Assembly: GCA_964448705.1 (NCBI GenBank)
Contig: CAYUZS010000003.1
Coordinates: 73,384 to 137,383, forward strand
Source: an uncultured Gammaproteobacteria bacterium
GTDB lineage: Bacteria > Patescibacteriota > Microgenomatia > UBA12405
Direction of reading: 5' to 3'
DNA: 64,000 nucleotides
Position numbers and translations under genes: made by a program. The notes beneath the pieces were generated by a model. The model saw only the letters and a program-made list of their open reading frames with translations. It did no database searches and was not told where the DNA came from. Position 1 is the first letter of the stretch. The number at the start of each line of letters is the position of its first letter. Shown one piece after another: positions 11,562 to 20,413 of this stretch.

Positions 11562-11821
11562 ATATATAAAATTACACCGGCAAAAATCAACCAATCATTA
11601 ATATTATTATAAATGTTAGTCATTGGTATTTTCCAATAATCAATCACATATCCCAATTGCCATCTTTGCCATAAATTAAGACCTCCGCCTAATACTATCA
11701 GTCCTACCCGCCAATTTTTACTTTTAATCAACCACCCCAGCGTTAAAAACCAGATCAATGTTGTCAATAAAAGCAGGCTTGGAATTTGCTGTCCAAAACT
11801 GACGCCAAAATTTTTGACCAT
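11537..11821 (-). CDS. lspA: Lipoprotein signal peptidase II-like protein (short LspA)
   Basis: N-terminal NFGVSFG and C-terminal GYVIDYW...NINDWLIFAGVIL resemble LspA conserved boxes. The protein is only 94 aa, shorter than the canonical ~160 aa. Confidence 0.4.
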   Translation of the reverse strand: MVKNFGVSFGQQIPSLLLLTTLIWFLTLGWLIKSKNWRVGLIVLGGGLNLWQRWQLGYVIDYWKIPMTNIYNNINDWLIFAGVILYIWQQIRQK

Positions 11822-11823
11822 TA

Positions 11824-12258
11824 CTATTTTTCCTGTTCTTTAGCACAATCGATACACAGAGTTGTTTCTGGACGGATCGTCAACCGGTCGGTATCAATCA
11901 TTTTTCCGCATTTCTCGCAAATTCCATACTTTCCCAATTTAATTCTGGTCATAGCTTTACGCAATTGAACCAGCTGTTTTTTAACAAAACTAACCTTCAC
12001 CTCAGTGTCAAATCTACCTACTTGTTCGTCGACATCCTCTTCAGGCGAATTATTTGAGGTTCTATTTTCATCCATAAAAGGATCACTCTTTTTAAAATTT
12101 CTTTCAGTTTTTTTCCATTTCACAATTTCTTTTTCTAAAAAAGTTTTGATTGGCACCAACAACCTCGCTGGTATCGTGATAGATTCAGAATTATTGTCCT
12201 TTTTTGTCACTGTTTCTCCTTTGGCCAAAGACCAACAAACTATTAAAAACCTCTCCAA
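11824..12258 (-). CDS. DksA/TraR-family C4 zinc-finger protein
   Basis: The C-terminal sequence CEKCGKMIDTDRLTIRPETTLCIDCAKE forms a C4 zinc finger and is preceded by a coiled-coil region. Confidence 0.6.
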   Translation of the reverse strand: MERFLIVCWSLAKGETVTKKDNNSESITIPARLLVPIKTFLEKEIVKWKKTERNFKKSDPFMDENRTSNNSPEEDVDEQVGRFDTEVKVSFVKKQLVQLRKAMTRIKLGKYGICEKCGKMIDTDRLTIRPETTLCIDCAKEQEK

Positions 12259-12877
12259 GAATAAACAATCCTATCATAAAAAGCAAACTCAAAACTGAAA
12301 ATATACCGGCTATTATTTTTTCCTGGAAAAATACCGCCGCTACTGCTATCAGTAAACAGACAATCATATTCACAAAGAAAAACACAAAACCCTTCTTCCC
12401 GCTTTTATACCAGATCATCGACCGATATTTTTTAGCCACCAGCCTGGCAATCACGTATCCGATAATCACTATTGTCAAATAAATCAGATTTTGAAAAACA
12501 ATCCCTTTTTCCAAAATTTCTAAAGTCAGCATTATCGCCGACAATAAATATATCAGCCTGGTAATATCCTCAAAAAAAGACCATATTTTCCAATCATTTT
12601 TCCAACAATACCACCAGGTAGTCAGAAAAATTAAACCTAAACCTCCCCAATAATTAAAACCCGGTTTACTCCAAAACAACAGCCAATCAACCGGCTGGCC
12701 GTTCCATATTCCCCAATTAATTAAACCGTAAGTTACTCTTCCGCCCAAAACGAACATTAACCAGCTTAACCAGGAATAAGCCACCAACTTCTCATCCTGA
12801 TAGTTATCTCTTAAATTCCTCCAGGTAAGGTACAGAAACAGAATTACTACTATCAATTTCAGCAGTCCAAGAATCAT
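12191..12877 (-). CDS. Integral membrane protein, possibly prolipoprotein diacylglyceryl transferase-like
   Basis: It is a multi-TM protein whose W..GGLGLIF segment is reminiscent of the Lgt 'WEGG(L/M)SxHGG' signature. It is shorter than typical Lgt and lies adjacent to the lspA-like gene. Confidence 0.3.
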   Translation of the reverse strand: MILGLLKLIVVILFLYLTWRNLRDNYQDEKLVAYSWLSWLMFVLGGRVTYGLINWGIWNGQPVDWLLFWSKPGFNYWGGLGLIFLTTWWYCWKNDWKIWSFFEDITRLIYLLSAIMLTLEILEKGIVFQNLIYLTIVIIGYVIARLVAKKYRSMIWYKSGKKGFVFFFVNMIVCLLIAVAAVFFQEKIIAGIFSVLSLLFMIGLFILGEVFNSLLVFGQRRNSDKKGQ

Positions 12878-12919
12878 ACTCTATTTTACCTTATATTTTG
12901 ATATACTAATCGGGAGATT

Positions 12920-13005
12920 GCCGGAGTGGCGGAACTGGTAGACGCGCACGACTCAAAATCGTGTGGCAGCAATGTCATCGGGGTTCGATTCCCCGCCCCG
13001 GCACC
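12920..13005 (+). tRNA. tRNA-Leu (anticodon CAA)
   Basis: The sequence gccggagtggcggaactggtagacgcgcacgaCTCAAAAtcgtg... has a 7-bp acceptor stem, a D-arm, an anticodon loop reading CAA, a long variable arm and a T-arm (cgggg ttcgatt ccccg). No CCA is encoded. Confidence 0.85.
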
Positions 13006-14313
13006 TTAATTTTTCTTTTCCACATCAAAGAAACTCACTTGTTTACCGTTAAAGTAGAGATTAAACTGTCCTGTCGGACCGTTACGGTGCTTTTCAATAG
13101 AACAGGTTACCACCTCTCTCACTTCCTCATCCTCCCGGTGTAAAAACATCACCACGTCGGCGTCTTGTTCAATGCTTCCTGATTCTCTTAAGTCCGATAA
13201 TTTAGGTTTTCCTCCCCTGCTCTCCATTTGTCTGTTCAGCTGTGCCATGGCCATCACCGGAATCTTTAATTCTCTGGCTAAATTTTTCAGACCTTGTGAA
13301 ATTTCGCTCACTTCCTGAACCCGATTGTCTCGAGACGTACCGTGCATTAACTGTAGATAGTCGACTATTACAAATTTTATGCCTTTGTCTACCTGTAATC
13401 TTCTGGCTTTTGTTCTCAGTTCAGTTACTGTTAATCCTGGAGTATCATCTATATATAGTGGTGCCTCTGCTAATATCCCCATAGCTTCGGAATAAGAATC
13501 AAAGTCAACTTCCGATAACTGGCCTGTTTTTAATTTCCAGGCGTCTATCAACCCTTGTCTCACTAATAATCTGTCAGCCAACTCTTCACGGCTCATTTCC
13601 AGGGAAAAAATACATGTCGGAATTTTCTTTTCCACTGAAACATATCTGGCAATGTTTAGACCAAAAGCTGTTTTTCCTACACCCGGTCTGGCGGCTAACA
13701 CGATCAAATTACTATCCTGCATCCCCGCCAGCATAGTATCCAATTGTATAAATCCTGTCGGAATTCCTCTTAATCCGCTGCCCATTTTTTGCAGTTCATC
13801 CAGCCTGTCAAAACTGGCAGTCAACACTTCTTTTAGAGATGTCGGGATCGATTTCAAATGTTTTTGGCTTAGGGAAAATATTTCCTGTTCGGCGTAATCC
13901 AACAATTCCATCGAAGGAATGCTTTCATCAAAAGACCTTTCCGAAATTCTTCCCGCTGCTGAAATTAATTCTCGCTTGGCAGACAAAGATTTGATAATTT
14001 TTCCGTAACTTTCGACATTAGCACTGGTCGGCACTTCGTTGGCCAAACGGCTTAAAAAAGCCTTTCCGCCTATCTTCTTGAGATATTTCATCTCCTTCAA
14101 CTTTTCTGAAACGGTCACAATATCAATCGGAGTCCTGTCCTCATACAGTTTCAACATCGCTTCATACACTTTCGCATTGTTCAGATCATAAAAATGTTCC
14201 GCTCTCAGAAATTCTGACACCGCCAATATTGCGTCATTATCAATCAATATTGATCCCAACACACAAACTTCCGTCTCGACTGAACTTGGTGGCAGCTTAA
14301 TAATATCCGCCAT
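13006..14313 (-). CDS. dnaB: Replicative DNA helicase
   Basis: The Walker A motif ARPGVGKTAFGLN, an N-terminal DnaB domain and a RecA-like C-terminal fold are present. The stop codon abuts the 3' end of tRNA-Leu. Confidence 0.9.
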   Translation of the reverse strand: MADIIKLPPSSVETEVCVLGSILIDNDAILAVSEFLRAEHFYDLNNAKVYEAMLKLYEDRTPIDIVTVSEKLKEMKYLKKIGGKAFLSRLANEVPTSANVESYGKIIKSLSAKRELISAAGRISERSFDESIPSMELLDYAEQEIFSLSQKHLKSIPTSLKEVLTASFDRLDELQKMGSGLRGIPTGFIQLDTMLAGMQDSNLIVLAARPGVGKTAFGLNIARYVSVEKKIPTCIFSLEMSREELADRLLVRQGLIDAWKLKTGQLSEVDFDSYSEAMGILAEAPLYIDDTPGLTVTELRTKARRLQVDKGIKFVIVDYLQLMHGTSRDNRVQEVSEISQGLKNLARELKIPVMAMAQLNRQMESRGGKPKLSDLRESGSIEQDADVVMFLHREDEEVREVVTCSIEKHRNGPTGQFNLYFNGKQVSFFDVEKKN

Positions 14314-14318
14314 ATTTT

Positions 14319-14894
14319 TTATTTACTTTCTTTTAAAATGACTACTTCCGTACCGTCCGGCAGGTTGTCTTTATCAATTTTTAAAGATTCAGCCGGTTCC
14401 AGTCCTTCTACGTCAGTTTCATCCATAAACTTTTTAATCGCCTCATCTCCCGGTTCATATCCAACCGGCACCACGTAGTTTGCCCCCCATTTTTTGGCCA
14501 AAGTCATAATCGATTTTGATCCCCCATTGGAAATATTAGCCATTAATACATCAACTCCTGATATTTTTTCCGCCCTCTTGTCGCTTAAAGCTTCTTGTAA
14601 TTTACCTAAAATACCGATAATTACTCCGTCGGCCACCACTGAATAAAAGGTTTCTTTTTTACCGCCGCTGAATCCGTAAATTTCTACTCCCCCGATTTCA
14701 TATTCCCCCGGACCCATCACTATTACTTTTTGGTTTTCTTTATCGTCGACTTCGATTTTTGCTTCGTTTCTGACAATAATTCTCGAATTGTTTTTATTGA
14801 TCATTTCCTCATCGGGATTAACCAAAACTGTTTCTTTTTTTCCTTTTATCAGAAAGGCATTTTTACCTAAAAACTTTATTTCCATATGACCCAT
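14319..14894 (-). CDS. Hypothetical protein (MEIKFLGKNAFLI N-terminus resembles MBL-fold UPF0173-type proteins but lacks HxHxDH)
   Basis: Only weak pattern similarity was found, and no catalytic motif. Confidence 0.25.
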   Translation of the reverse strand: MGHMEIKFLGKNAFLIKGKKETVLVNPDEEMINKNNSRIIVRNEAKIEVDDKENQKVIVMGPGEYEIGGVEIYGFSGGKKETFYSVVADGVIIGILGKLQEALSDKRAEKISGVDVLMANISNGGSKSIMTLAKKWGANYVVPVGYEPGDEAIKKFMDETDVEGLEPAESLKIDKDNLPDGTEVVILKESK

Positions 14895-14940
14895 TTTATC
14901 ATCTCTACTTGATTACTTGTGGTATCATCTAAACTAACCC

Positions 14941-15408
14941 ATGATAAAAGAATTATTGATTGCCATTACTCTCGGCGCTCTCTTGGGATTCGGAGTTACC
15001 GGCGGTATTGTTGCTCTCCGTAAAAACCAGACTACCACACCCGTCACTGCTACCGATATTTCTCCTACTCCAACTATCACCGATACTTCCGTAAATACTG
15101 ATTCTACTTCAGATTCGGATGAAAATTTAAATACCAATAGCCATCAGATTACTATCGAATCCCCTGCCGACGAATCTGTCACCGGCAATTCTCAGGTCAC
15201 TATCAAAGGTTCAACCACTCCTCAAAGCCATTTAGTTATCAGTACTCCCATAAAAACTTATTTTGTTATCGCCGATAATGCCGGCAATTTTAATACCGAT
15301 ATCGAAATCGATTCCGGTGTTAATCAGATACAAATTGACTCTGTTGATCCCCAGGACAATCAAGCTACTAAACAAATAATCATTACTTATTCCACCGCAA
15401 AATTTTAA
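14941..15408 (+). CDS. Secreted/membrane-anchored Thr/Pro-rich protein
   Basis: An N-terminal TM/signal segment is followed by a PT-rich low-complexity linker. Confidence 0.35.
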   Translation: MIKELLIAITLGALLGFGVTGGIVALRKNQTTTPVTATDISPTPTITDTSVNTDSTSDSDENLNTNSHQITIESPADESVTGNSQVTIKGSTTPQSHLVISTPIKTYFVIADNAGNFNTDIEIDSGVNQIQIDSVDPQDNQATKQIIITYSTAKF

Positions 15409-15409
15409 A

Positions 15410-16102
15410 ATGAATCCCTTATTTCTTCTTGCCCTGGCAGCTACCATCACCCCCACTCCGACTATTGTTTCCACTCCTACTTCAACCGACATTCAAAAAA
15501 TTCGGGAAGTTGTTCAGCAAAAAGTCCAGGAAAAACTGAAAGAAATCACCACCAGCACCACCACTAAAAAAGGTATCATCGGCCAAATAATTCAAATCGA
15601 CCCCAACCAAATTACCATTGAATACCAAGGGAAAACCCGGGTACTCTCCATCGACAGCACTACCGTCTATGTTGATACCAATAGAAATAAAACCACTCTC
15701 GAAAAAATAAAAATCGGTCAGGGAATTTTGGCTATGGGAACAGAAGAATCGGAAACTAATAAATTTCAGGCCACCAGAATTGTTTTTACTGATCTAAAAA
15801 CAATTGTTGTCACCAATACAATTGCTGTCGGAAAAATTGTTGACATTTCCAAGACCACATCAGTTTTTTCCTTAATACCCAGTAAAAACAAGAATACTCA
15901 ATATCAGATTAAAACCGATTCCAAAACTAAAATTTACGGACCGGATAACACCGAAATCAATCTCAAATCCATGCAGTCCGGCCATCGGATAATTGTTATT
16001 TTAACCCCCGATCCAAAAATAACTAACACCTATTACGCTTCTAAGATCTTAAATCTGGACTATTCTCCGGCGGTTTCCCCTACCCCCACTCCCAAACCTT
16101 AA
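15410..16102 (+). CDS. Secreted Thr/Pro-rich protein
   Basis: A signal-peptide-like N-terminus is present, with TPTPT linkers at both ends of the protein. Confidence 0.35.
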   Translation: MNPLFLLALAATITPTPTIVSTPTSTDIQKIREVVQQKVQEKLKEITTSTTTKKGIIGQIIQIDPNQITIEYQGKTRVLSIDSTTVYVDTNRNKTTLEKIKIGQGILAMGTEESETNKFQATRIVFTDLKTIVVTNTIAVGKIVDISKTTSVFSLIPSKNKNTQYQIKTDSKTKIYGPDNTEINLKSMQSGHRIIVILTPDPKITNTYYASKILNLDYSPAVSPTPTPKP

Positions 16103-16208
16103 TTGTTGACTTAAGTCCCATAATTGTTAAAATATCCTTGATGATCAATCTAGGCAAAATAAACCATCATCACGTCAACTAATCGTTGGCGGAATTTTGC
16201 TTGCCGAT

Positions 16209-16231
16209 CCGCCATTCAGGCGGATTTTTAG
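16209..16231 (+). terminator. Rho-independent terminator-like hairpin (ccgcc attcag gcgg + ATTTTT)
   Basis: A GC stem plus T-run lies downstream of the 15410-16102 gene. A 5' overlapping alternative hairpin, tggcgga...tccgcca, is also present. Confidence 0.4.
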
Positions 16232-16256
16232 TATTATTAGGTCATCTTTAACAATC

Positions 16257-16335
16257 TGGTGGGATTAGCTCAATTGGTTAGAGCATCTGCCTGTGGAGCA
16301 GAAGGTTGCCGGTCCAAGTCCGGTATCTCACCCCA
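16257..16335 (+). tRNA. tRNA-His (anticodon GTG) with encoded G-1 and 3' CCA
   Basis: The sequence g|gtgggat tagctcaattggttagagc a tctgc CTGTGGA gcaga aggtt gccgg tccaagt ccggt atctcac c cca forms a cloverleaf. An extra 5' G pairs with the discriminator C, which is a tRNA-His hallmark. Confidence 0.85.
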
Positions 16336-16428
16336 TGAAATTATTCATTCTACAATTCGTCCATCATTTACATACCGTGGCTGCCAAACCGGCGGGGTGT
16401 TGACGCAGCGTTTATCTTAATAATTTAA

Positions 16429-16452
16429 ATCCCCGTAAACCGGGGATTTTTT
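16429..16452 (+). terminator. Rho-independent terminator/attenuator hairpin (atccccg taaac cggggat + TTTTTT)
   Basis: A perfect 7-bp stem plus U-run lies between tRNA-His and the hisS start. Confidence 0.5.
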
Positions 16453-16478
16453 ATATCTAAATTATCAATTTATCTTCA

Positions 16479-17738
16479 ATGTTAAAATCAACTATGATTC
16501 AAAATAAACCTCAAACCCTCAAAGGTTTCCGTGATTTTTTACCTTCAGAAATGAGGGTTCGTAACTATGTCAAAAATTTACTTATCGGAGTTTTTGAAAA
16601 CTATGGTTTTGAACCTTTGGAAACCCCTGCTCTCGAATACACTTCGGTTCTTAAAGGTAAATATAGTTCAGAAACCGACGATAAACTCGGATACTTCTTT
16701 AAGGACAACGGTGATAGAGAGATTGGTCTGAGATACGATCTCACTGTTCCTGTTTCAAAAGTTTTAGCAATTTACAGCAACCAAATTCCCTTACCCTTCA
16801 AAAGGTATCAAGTCCAGTCTGTCTGGAGAGCCGACAATACTCAAAGAGGTCGATACCGCGAGTTTATCCAGTGTGATATAGATACTTTTGGTTCCACCTC
16901 CCCTCTCTCTGATGCCGAAATAATTTCTATTATTTACACCGCCACTCAAAAACTGAACTTTCAAAAGTTTACTATTCGCCTCAACAGCCGTTCTGTTTTA
17001 ATGGCCGTCCTTGCTAAAAGCGGCCTGGATGGTCAACAAAAAACAGTACTTCAAAGTCTCGATAAGTTCGACAAAATAGGTGAAAAAGGAGTAAAAGATG
17101 AACTCATATCAAAAGGCCTCACCGACCCCCAAATCACCTCTCTTTTCAAATATATCAAACTCGCACAGCCGGACGATAATCTTCAGCAGGTTTTTGCTGC
17201 TTTAAAAGCTTTCAATGTCCCGGAAAGTTTTTATTTATTCGATCCGACTTTGGTTCGCGGCCCCGACTATTACACCGGTACTATTTTTGAAACCTCTGTC
17301 ACCGAACCCCAAATCGGCGCCATCGGCGGCGGCGGTCGTTATGATAATTTAATTGAAAACTTAGGAGGGCCGAATATTCCCGCCGTCGGTTACAGTTTTG
17401 GATTCGAAAGAATTATTGATTGTGTCAACGAATTAAATCTTTTACCCGATTTACCAAAAACCGTCACCAAAGTTTTAGTTGCTAATTTTAGTCAGGAAAC
17501 TTTACCTGATTCTATGGCTTTAATTTCTCAGCTTCAATCCGCCGATATCCCCTCTTACATCTATCCGGATACCGACAAATTGGGAAAACAATTTAAGTAT
17601 GCCAGTGACAAAAACATTCCGTATGTTGCCGTCATTGGTCCGGATGAGGCTAAAAATAATCAGATCACTGTCAAAGATATGTCTACGGGTACCCAGAAAA
17701 CAGTTACCCGGGATGAAATCGTCAATTATCTGCTATAA
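16479..17738 (+). CDS. hisS: Histidyl-tRNA synthetase
   Basis: The class II aaRS motifs are present, including the N-terminal GFRDFLPSEM sequence and the GGGRYDNL motif 3. It has an anticodon-binding C-terminal domain. Confidence 0.9.
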   Translation: MLKSTMIQNKPQTLKGFRDFLPSEMRVRNYVKNLLIGVFENYGFEPLETPALEYTSVLKGKYSSETDDKLGYFFKDNGDREIGLRYDLTVPVSKVLAIYSNQIPLPFKRYQVQSVWRADNTQRGRYREFIQCDIDTFGSTSPLSDAEIISIIYTATQKLNFQKFTIRLNSRSVLMAVLAKSGLDGQQKTVLQSLDKFDKIGEKGVKDELISKGLTDPQITSLFKYIKLAQPDDNLQQVFAALKAFNVPESFYLFDPTLVRGPDYYTGTIFETSVTEPQIGAIGGGGRYDNLIENLGGPNIPAVGYSFGFERIIDCVNELNLLPDLPKTVTKVLVANFSQETLPDSMALISQLQSADIPSYIYPDTDKLGKQFKYASDKNIPYVAVIGPDEAKNNQITVKDMSTGTQKTVTRDEIVNYLL

Positions 17739-17747
17739 TACTAACCT

Positions 17748-18017
17748 ATGAAGTCAGCAATCCATCCTACCTATCACGATGACTGTTTGGTCACCTGTGC
17801 CTGTGGTAATAAATTTACCACCGGTTCGACTCTCGAAAAAATAGAAGTCGAAGTCTGCAGTAAATGTCATCCCTTTTTCACGGGCCAACACAAGTTTGTC
17901 GACATTAAAGGTCGTATCGATAAATTTAAAGAAAAACAAGCTCAAGGAGTTGCTTACGCTGCCAAAAAAGCAGCTGTCAAAAACGGAAAAAGTAAGGCCG
18001 ACCAAAAATCAAATTAG
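17748..18017 (+). CDS. rpmE: 50S ribosomal protein L31
   Basis: [12 protein letters not shown]...CxCG...[10 protein letters not shown] is the L31 Zn-ribbon signature. Confidence 0.85.
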   Translation: MKSAIHPTYHDDCLVTCACGNKFTTGSTLEKIEVEVCSKCHPFFTGQHKFVDIKGRIDKFKEKQAQGVAYAAKKAAVKNGKSKADQKSN

Positions 18018-18028
18018 ATTTTTTAAAA

Positions 18029-18068
18029 CCGCCATCAATTATTTGCTATAATTATGGCGGTTTTTTAT
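18029..18068 (+). terminator. Rho-independent terminator
   Basis: The sequence ccgccatcaattat-ttgct-ataattatggcgg forms a long stem followed by TTTTTTATTT, downstream of rpmE. Confidence 0.6.
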
Positions 18069-18099
18069 TTTAATCAAATATAAATTTAGACAAAAATAA

Positions 18100-18822
18100 G
18101 TGCCTACAGTTAATCCCAACATTGCTATTCTCGAGTTTCGACCTGGTCCCGGCGGTCAGGAGGCCTATCTATGGCTCAATGACCTCATGAACATGTATGT
18201 CCGTTATGCAAATAAGGTCGGCTGGAAAGTACAGCAGATCGACGACAGCATCATTCAAATTAGCGGTTACGATGTTTACCATCAGTTAAAATGGGAAACC
18301 GGCACTCATCGGGTTCAACGTATTCCTCTCACCGAAAAACACGGCCGCATTCAGACATCCACTGCTGCCATTGTTGTTTTACCTCAAATCACCTCTCATG
18401 AAATCAATATCAATCCTGATGATATTGAAATTACTGCTTCCCGTGCCGGCGGCAACGGCGGTCAAAATGTTAATAAAGTTTCGACTGCCATCAGATTAAC
18501 TCACAAACCCACCGGACTCACCTTTTCCGTCCGCCAGGAACGTTCCCAACAGCAAAATCGTGAAATTGCCATGGATCTTCTTCGTTCTAAATTATGGGAA
18601 ATAGAAGAAGCTAAACGTACCACCCAAATCGGTTCAGCCAGAAACCTTATAGGTCAGGCAGATCGTGCCGATAAAATTCGCACCTACAATTATTCCCGAA
18701 ACCAGGTTAAAGATCATCGAATTAATAAAGATTTTAATTTATCCAAAGTTATGGCCGGCGATCTCGAAGATATGTTGCTGGAATTAACTGTTCTCGACCA
18801 ACCCGAAGAAAAAAGTCTCTAA
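18100..18822 (+). CDS. prfA: Peptide chain release factor 1-like, N-terminally truncated (lacks domain 1)
   Basis: The GGQ motif ([11 protein letters not shown]) is present. The RVQRIPLTE sequence gives a PxT (PLT) codon-recognition tripeptide characteristic of RF1. The protein is only 240 aa and begins at the start of domain 2. Confidence 0.75.
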   Translation: MPTVNPNIAILEFRPGPGGQEAYLWLNDLMNMYVRYANKVGWKVQQIDDSIIQISGYDVYHQLKWETGTHRVQRIPLTEKHGRIQTSTAAIVVLPQITSHEININPDDIEITASRAGGNGGQNVNKVSTAIRLTHKPTGLTFSVRQERSQQQNREIAMDLLRSKLWEIEEAKRTTQIGSARNLIGQADRADKIRTYNYSRNQVKDHRINKDFNLSKVMAGDLEDMLLELTVLDQPEEKSL

Positions 18823-18865
18823 CCCGCTTTACAGACCTATAGTTTTGTAATATACTACACACTGT

Positions 18866-19189
18866 ATGGCATCACATAGTATTGAAAGAACAATTATAGA
18901 ATGCACCTTTGAAGGTGAACTTCACAAGTTTCGGCCTCCGGAAAATAAGACCTACTTTTGTCCGGAAGGTCACAGAACCAAGAGAAGTCCTTCCTTAGCC
19001 AGATTTGTTCCCGATCAAGAATATTATTTTGTCTACGATAAAGGAATTTTTACCGTCCAGATTGATGAAACACATTACATTACAACAGAAGTAGAAAATG
19101 TCGCTGTCTGCAGTGATTGTCAACTGCCGATATTTGATGAACAGTATCAACAAGCCTTGGGAATCAAAGTTCGAAAATCATCCAAGTAA
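18866..19189 (+). CDS. Hypothetical small protein with CPEGH...CSDC Cys pairs
   Basis: The ORF is supported only by its reading frame. It may be a zinc-ribbon protein. Confidence 0.3.
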   Translation: MASHSIERTIIECTFEGELHKFRPPENKTYFCPEGHRTKRSPSLARFVPDQEYYFVYDKGIFTVQIDETHYITTEVENVAVCSDCQLPIFDEQYQQALGIKVRKSSK

Positions 19190-19205
19190 AATTGATTTTT
19201 CTAGA

Positions 19206-20372
19206 TTAGCTCTGTTTCTTTTCCAACTTTACGCTCAGATTCAATTGCTTTTTGTCTCTCCACAGGACCAGGTTAACCATGTCCCCGATTTTCTTTTTAT
19301 TAATCAATTCGGCCATGGAAAAATCTTTATCGTCACCAATTTTAATTCCGTCTATTTCGGTAATCACATCCCCCACTTTCAAACCGGCTTTTTCCGCCGG
19401 GCTATTTTCTAAAACTTGCTGCACATAGGCTCCGGCAGCCATTTCATTCATCAATGCTGTCTCTTTATCAATCATCCGATAACCTACTCCCATATACGGT
19501 CTATCGAATTCACCTGTCGTTCTGAAATTATCAATCGACTGTTTCACTAAATTTATCGGCAGAGCAAAACCTATATTTTGACCGGATTGAGACACTGCCA
19601 CGTTCACTCCGATCACTTGCCCTGATGAATCTATTAACGGACCTCCGGAATTACCGGAATTAATCGCCGCATCAGTCTGAATTACATTATCAAGTTTTTC
19701 CGAACCTCCGGATAATAATGAACCTGCCACAATTGCTCTTCCCAAGCCGGAAACCACTCCGGTAGTTACCGTTGACCTGAATTCACCCAATGCCGTGCCG
19801 ATAGCAATCACCGTTTGCCCCACTTTAACCTGATCCGAATCGCCTAAATTCAAAGGCGTTAATCCTGTCTTATTTACTTTTAAAATCGCCAAATCGGTTG
19901 AAGGGTCACGGTAAATATCCACTACCTCTTCTGTTTCGTCTTTACCGATTAACACCCGATATTTAGCCTCAACATTATCAACCACATGTTTATTGGTCAC
20001 AATTAATCCGTCGCTGCTGATCACAAAACCCGTCCCGATGTTCTGATAATTTTCTTCAGGACTTTTTGAAGGTACCGGAATATTAAAAAAATTATTAAAT
20101 AAATCATTGGTAATATTGACGGTGTTTTTATTGCTGATTGCCACTGTCACCACGCTTGGCGAAGACTCCTCCACCACCTTAGTCACCACCGATTCTTCGT
20201 CCATCACTACCGTCTTTTGATTAGTCAATTCGACTCCGCTTTTGTTTAACAATTTATCCAATAAAGGAAACCCTTTTAATTTCTCGTAAGCCGCCCCTCC
20301 GATAGTTGTCATCACCAACAATATCGCTACTCCAAATCCCAACCAAAAATTTTTTCGGGTTTCGTTTTTCAT
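19206..20372 (-). CDS. htrA: HtrA/DegP-family serine protease with PDZ domain
   Basis: The trypsin-like catalytic motifs (GNSGGPL Ser box) and a C-terminal PDZ domain are present, with an N-terminal TM anchor. Confidence 0.85.
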   Translation of the reverse strand: MKNETRKNFWLGFGVAILLVMTTIGGAAYEKLKGFPLLDKLLNKSGVELTNQKTVVMDEESVVTKVVEESSPSVVTVAISNKNTVNITNDLFNNFFNIPVPSKSPEENYQNIGTGFVISSDGLIVTNKHVVDNVEAKYRVLIGKDETEEVVDIYRDPSTDLAILKVNKTGLTPLNLGDSDQVKVGQTVIAIGTALGEFRSTVTTGVVSGLGRAIVAGSLLSGGSEKLDNVIQTDAAINSGNSGGPLIDSSGQVIGVNVAVSQSGQNIGFALPINLVKQSIDNFRTTGEFDRPYMGVGYRMIDKETALMNEMAAGAYVQQVLENSPAEKAGLKVGDVITEIDGIKIGDDKDFSMAELINKKKIGDMVNLVLWRDKKQLNLSVKLEKKQS

Positions 20373-20413
20373 AATTCAGATTTTAACTTTTTAATGCTGA
20401 AAAAAAACTGAAA

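Noticed and set aside
16336-16478. T-box riboswitch leader for hisS
   Set aside because: The leader is only ~140 nt. The conserved T-box sequence (AATTAGGGTGGNACCGCG) is absent, and I could not define a specifier loop. I kept it as a simple terminator or attenuator hairpin.
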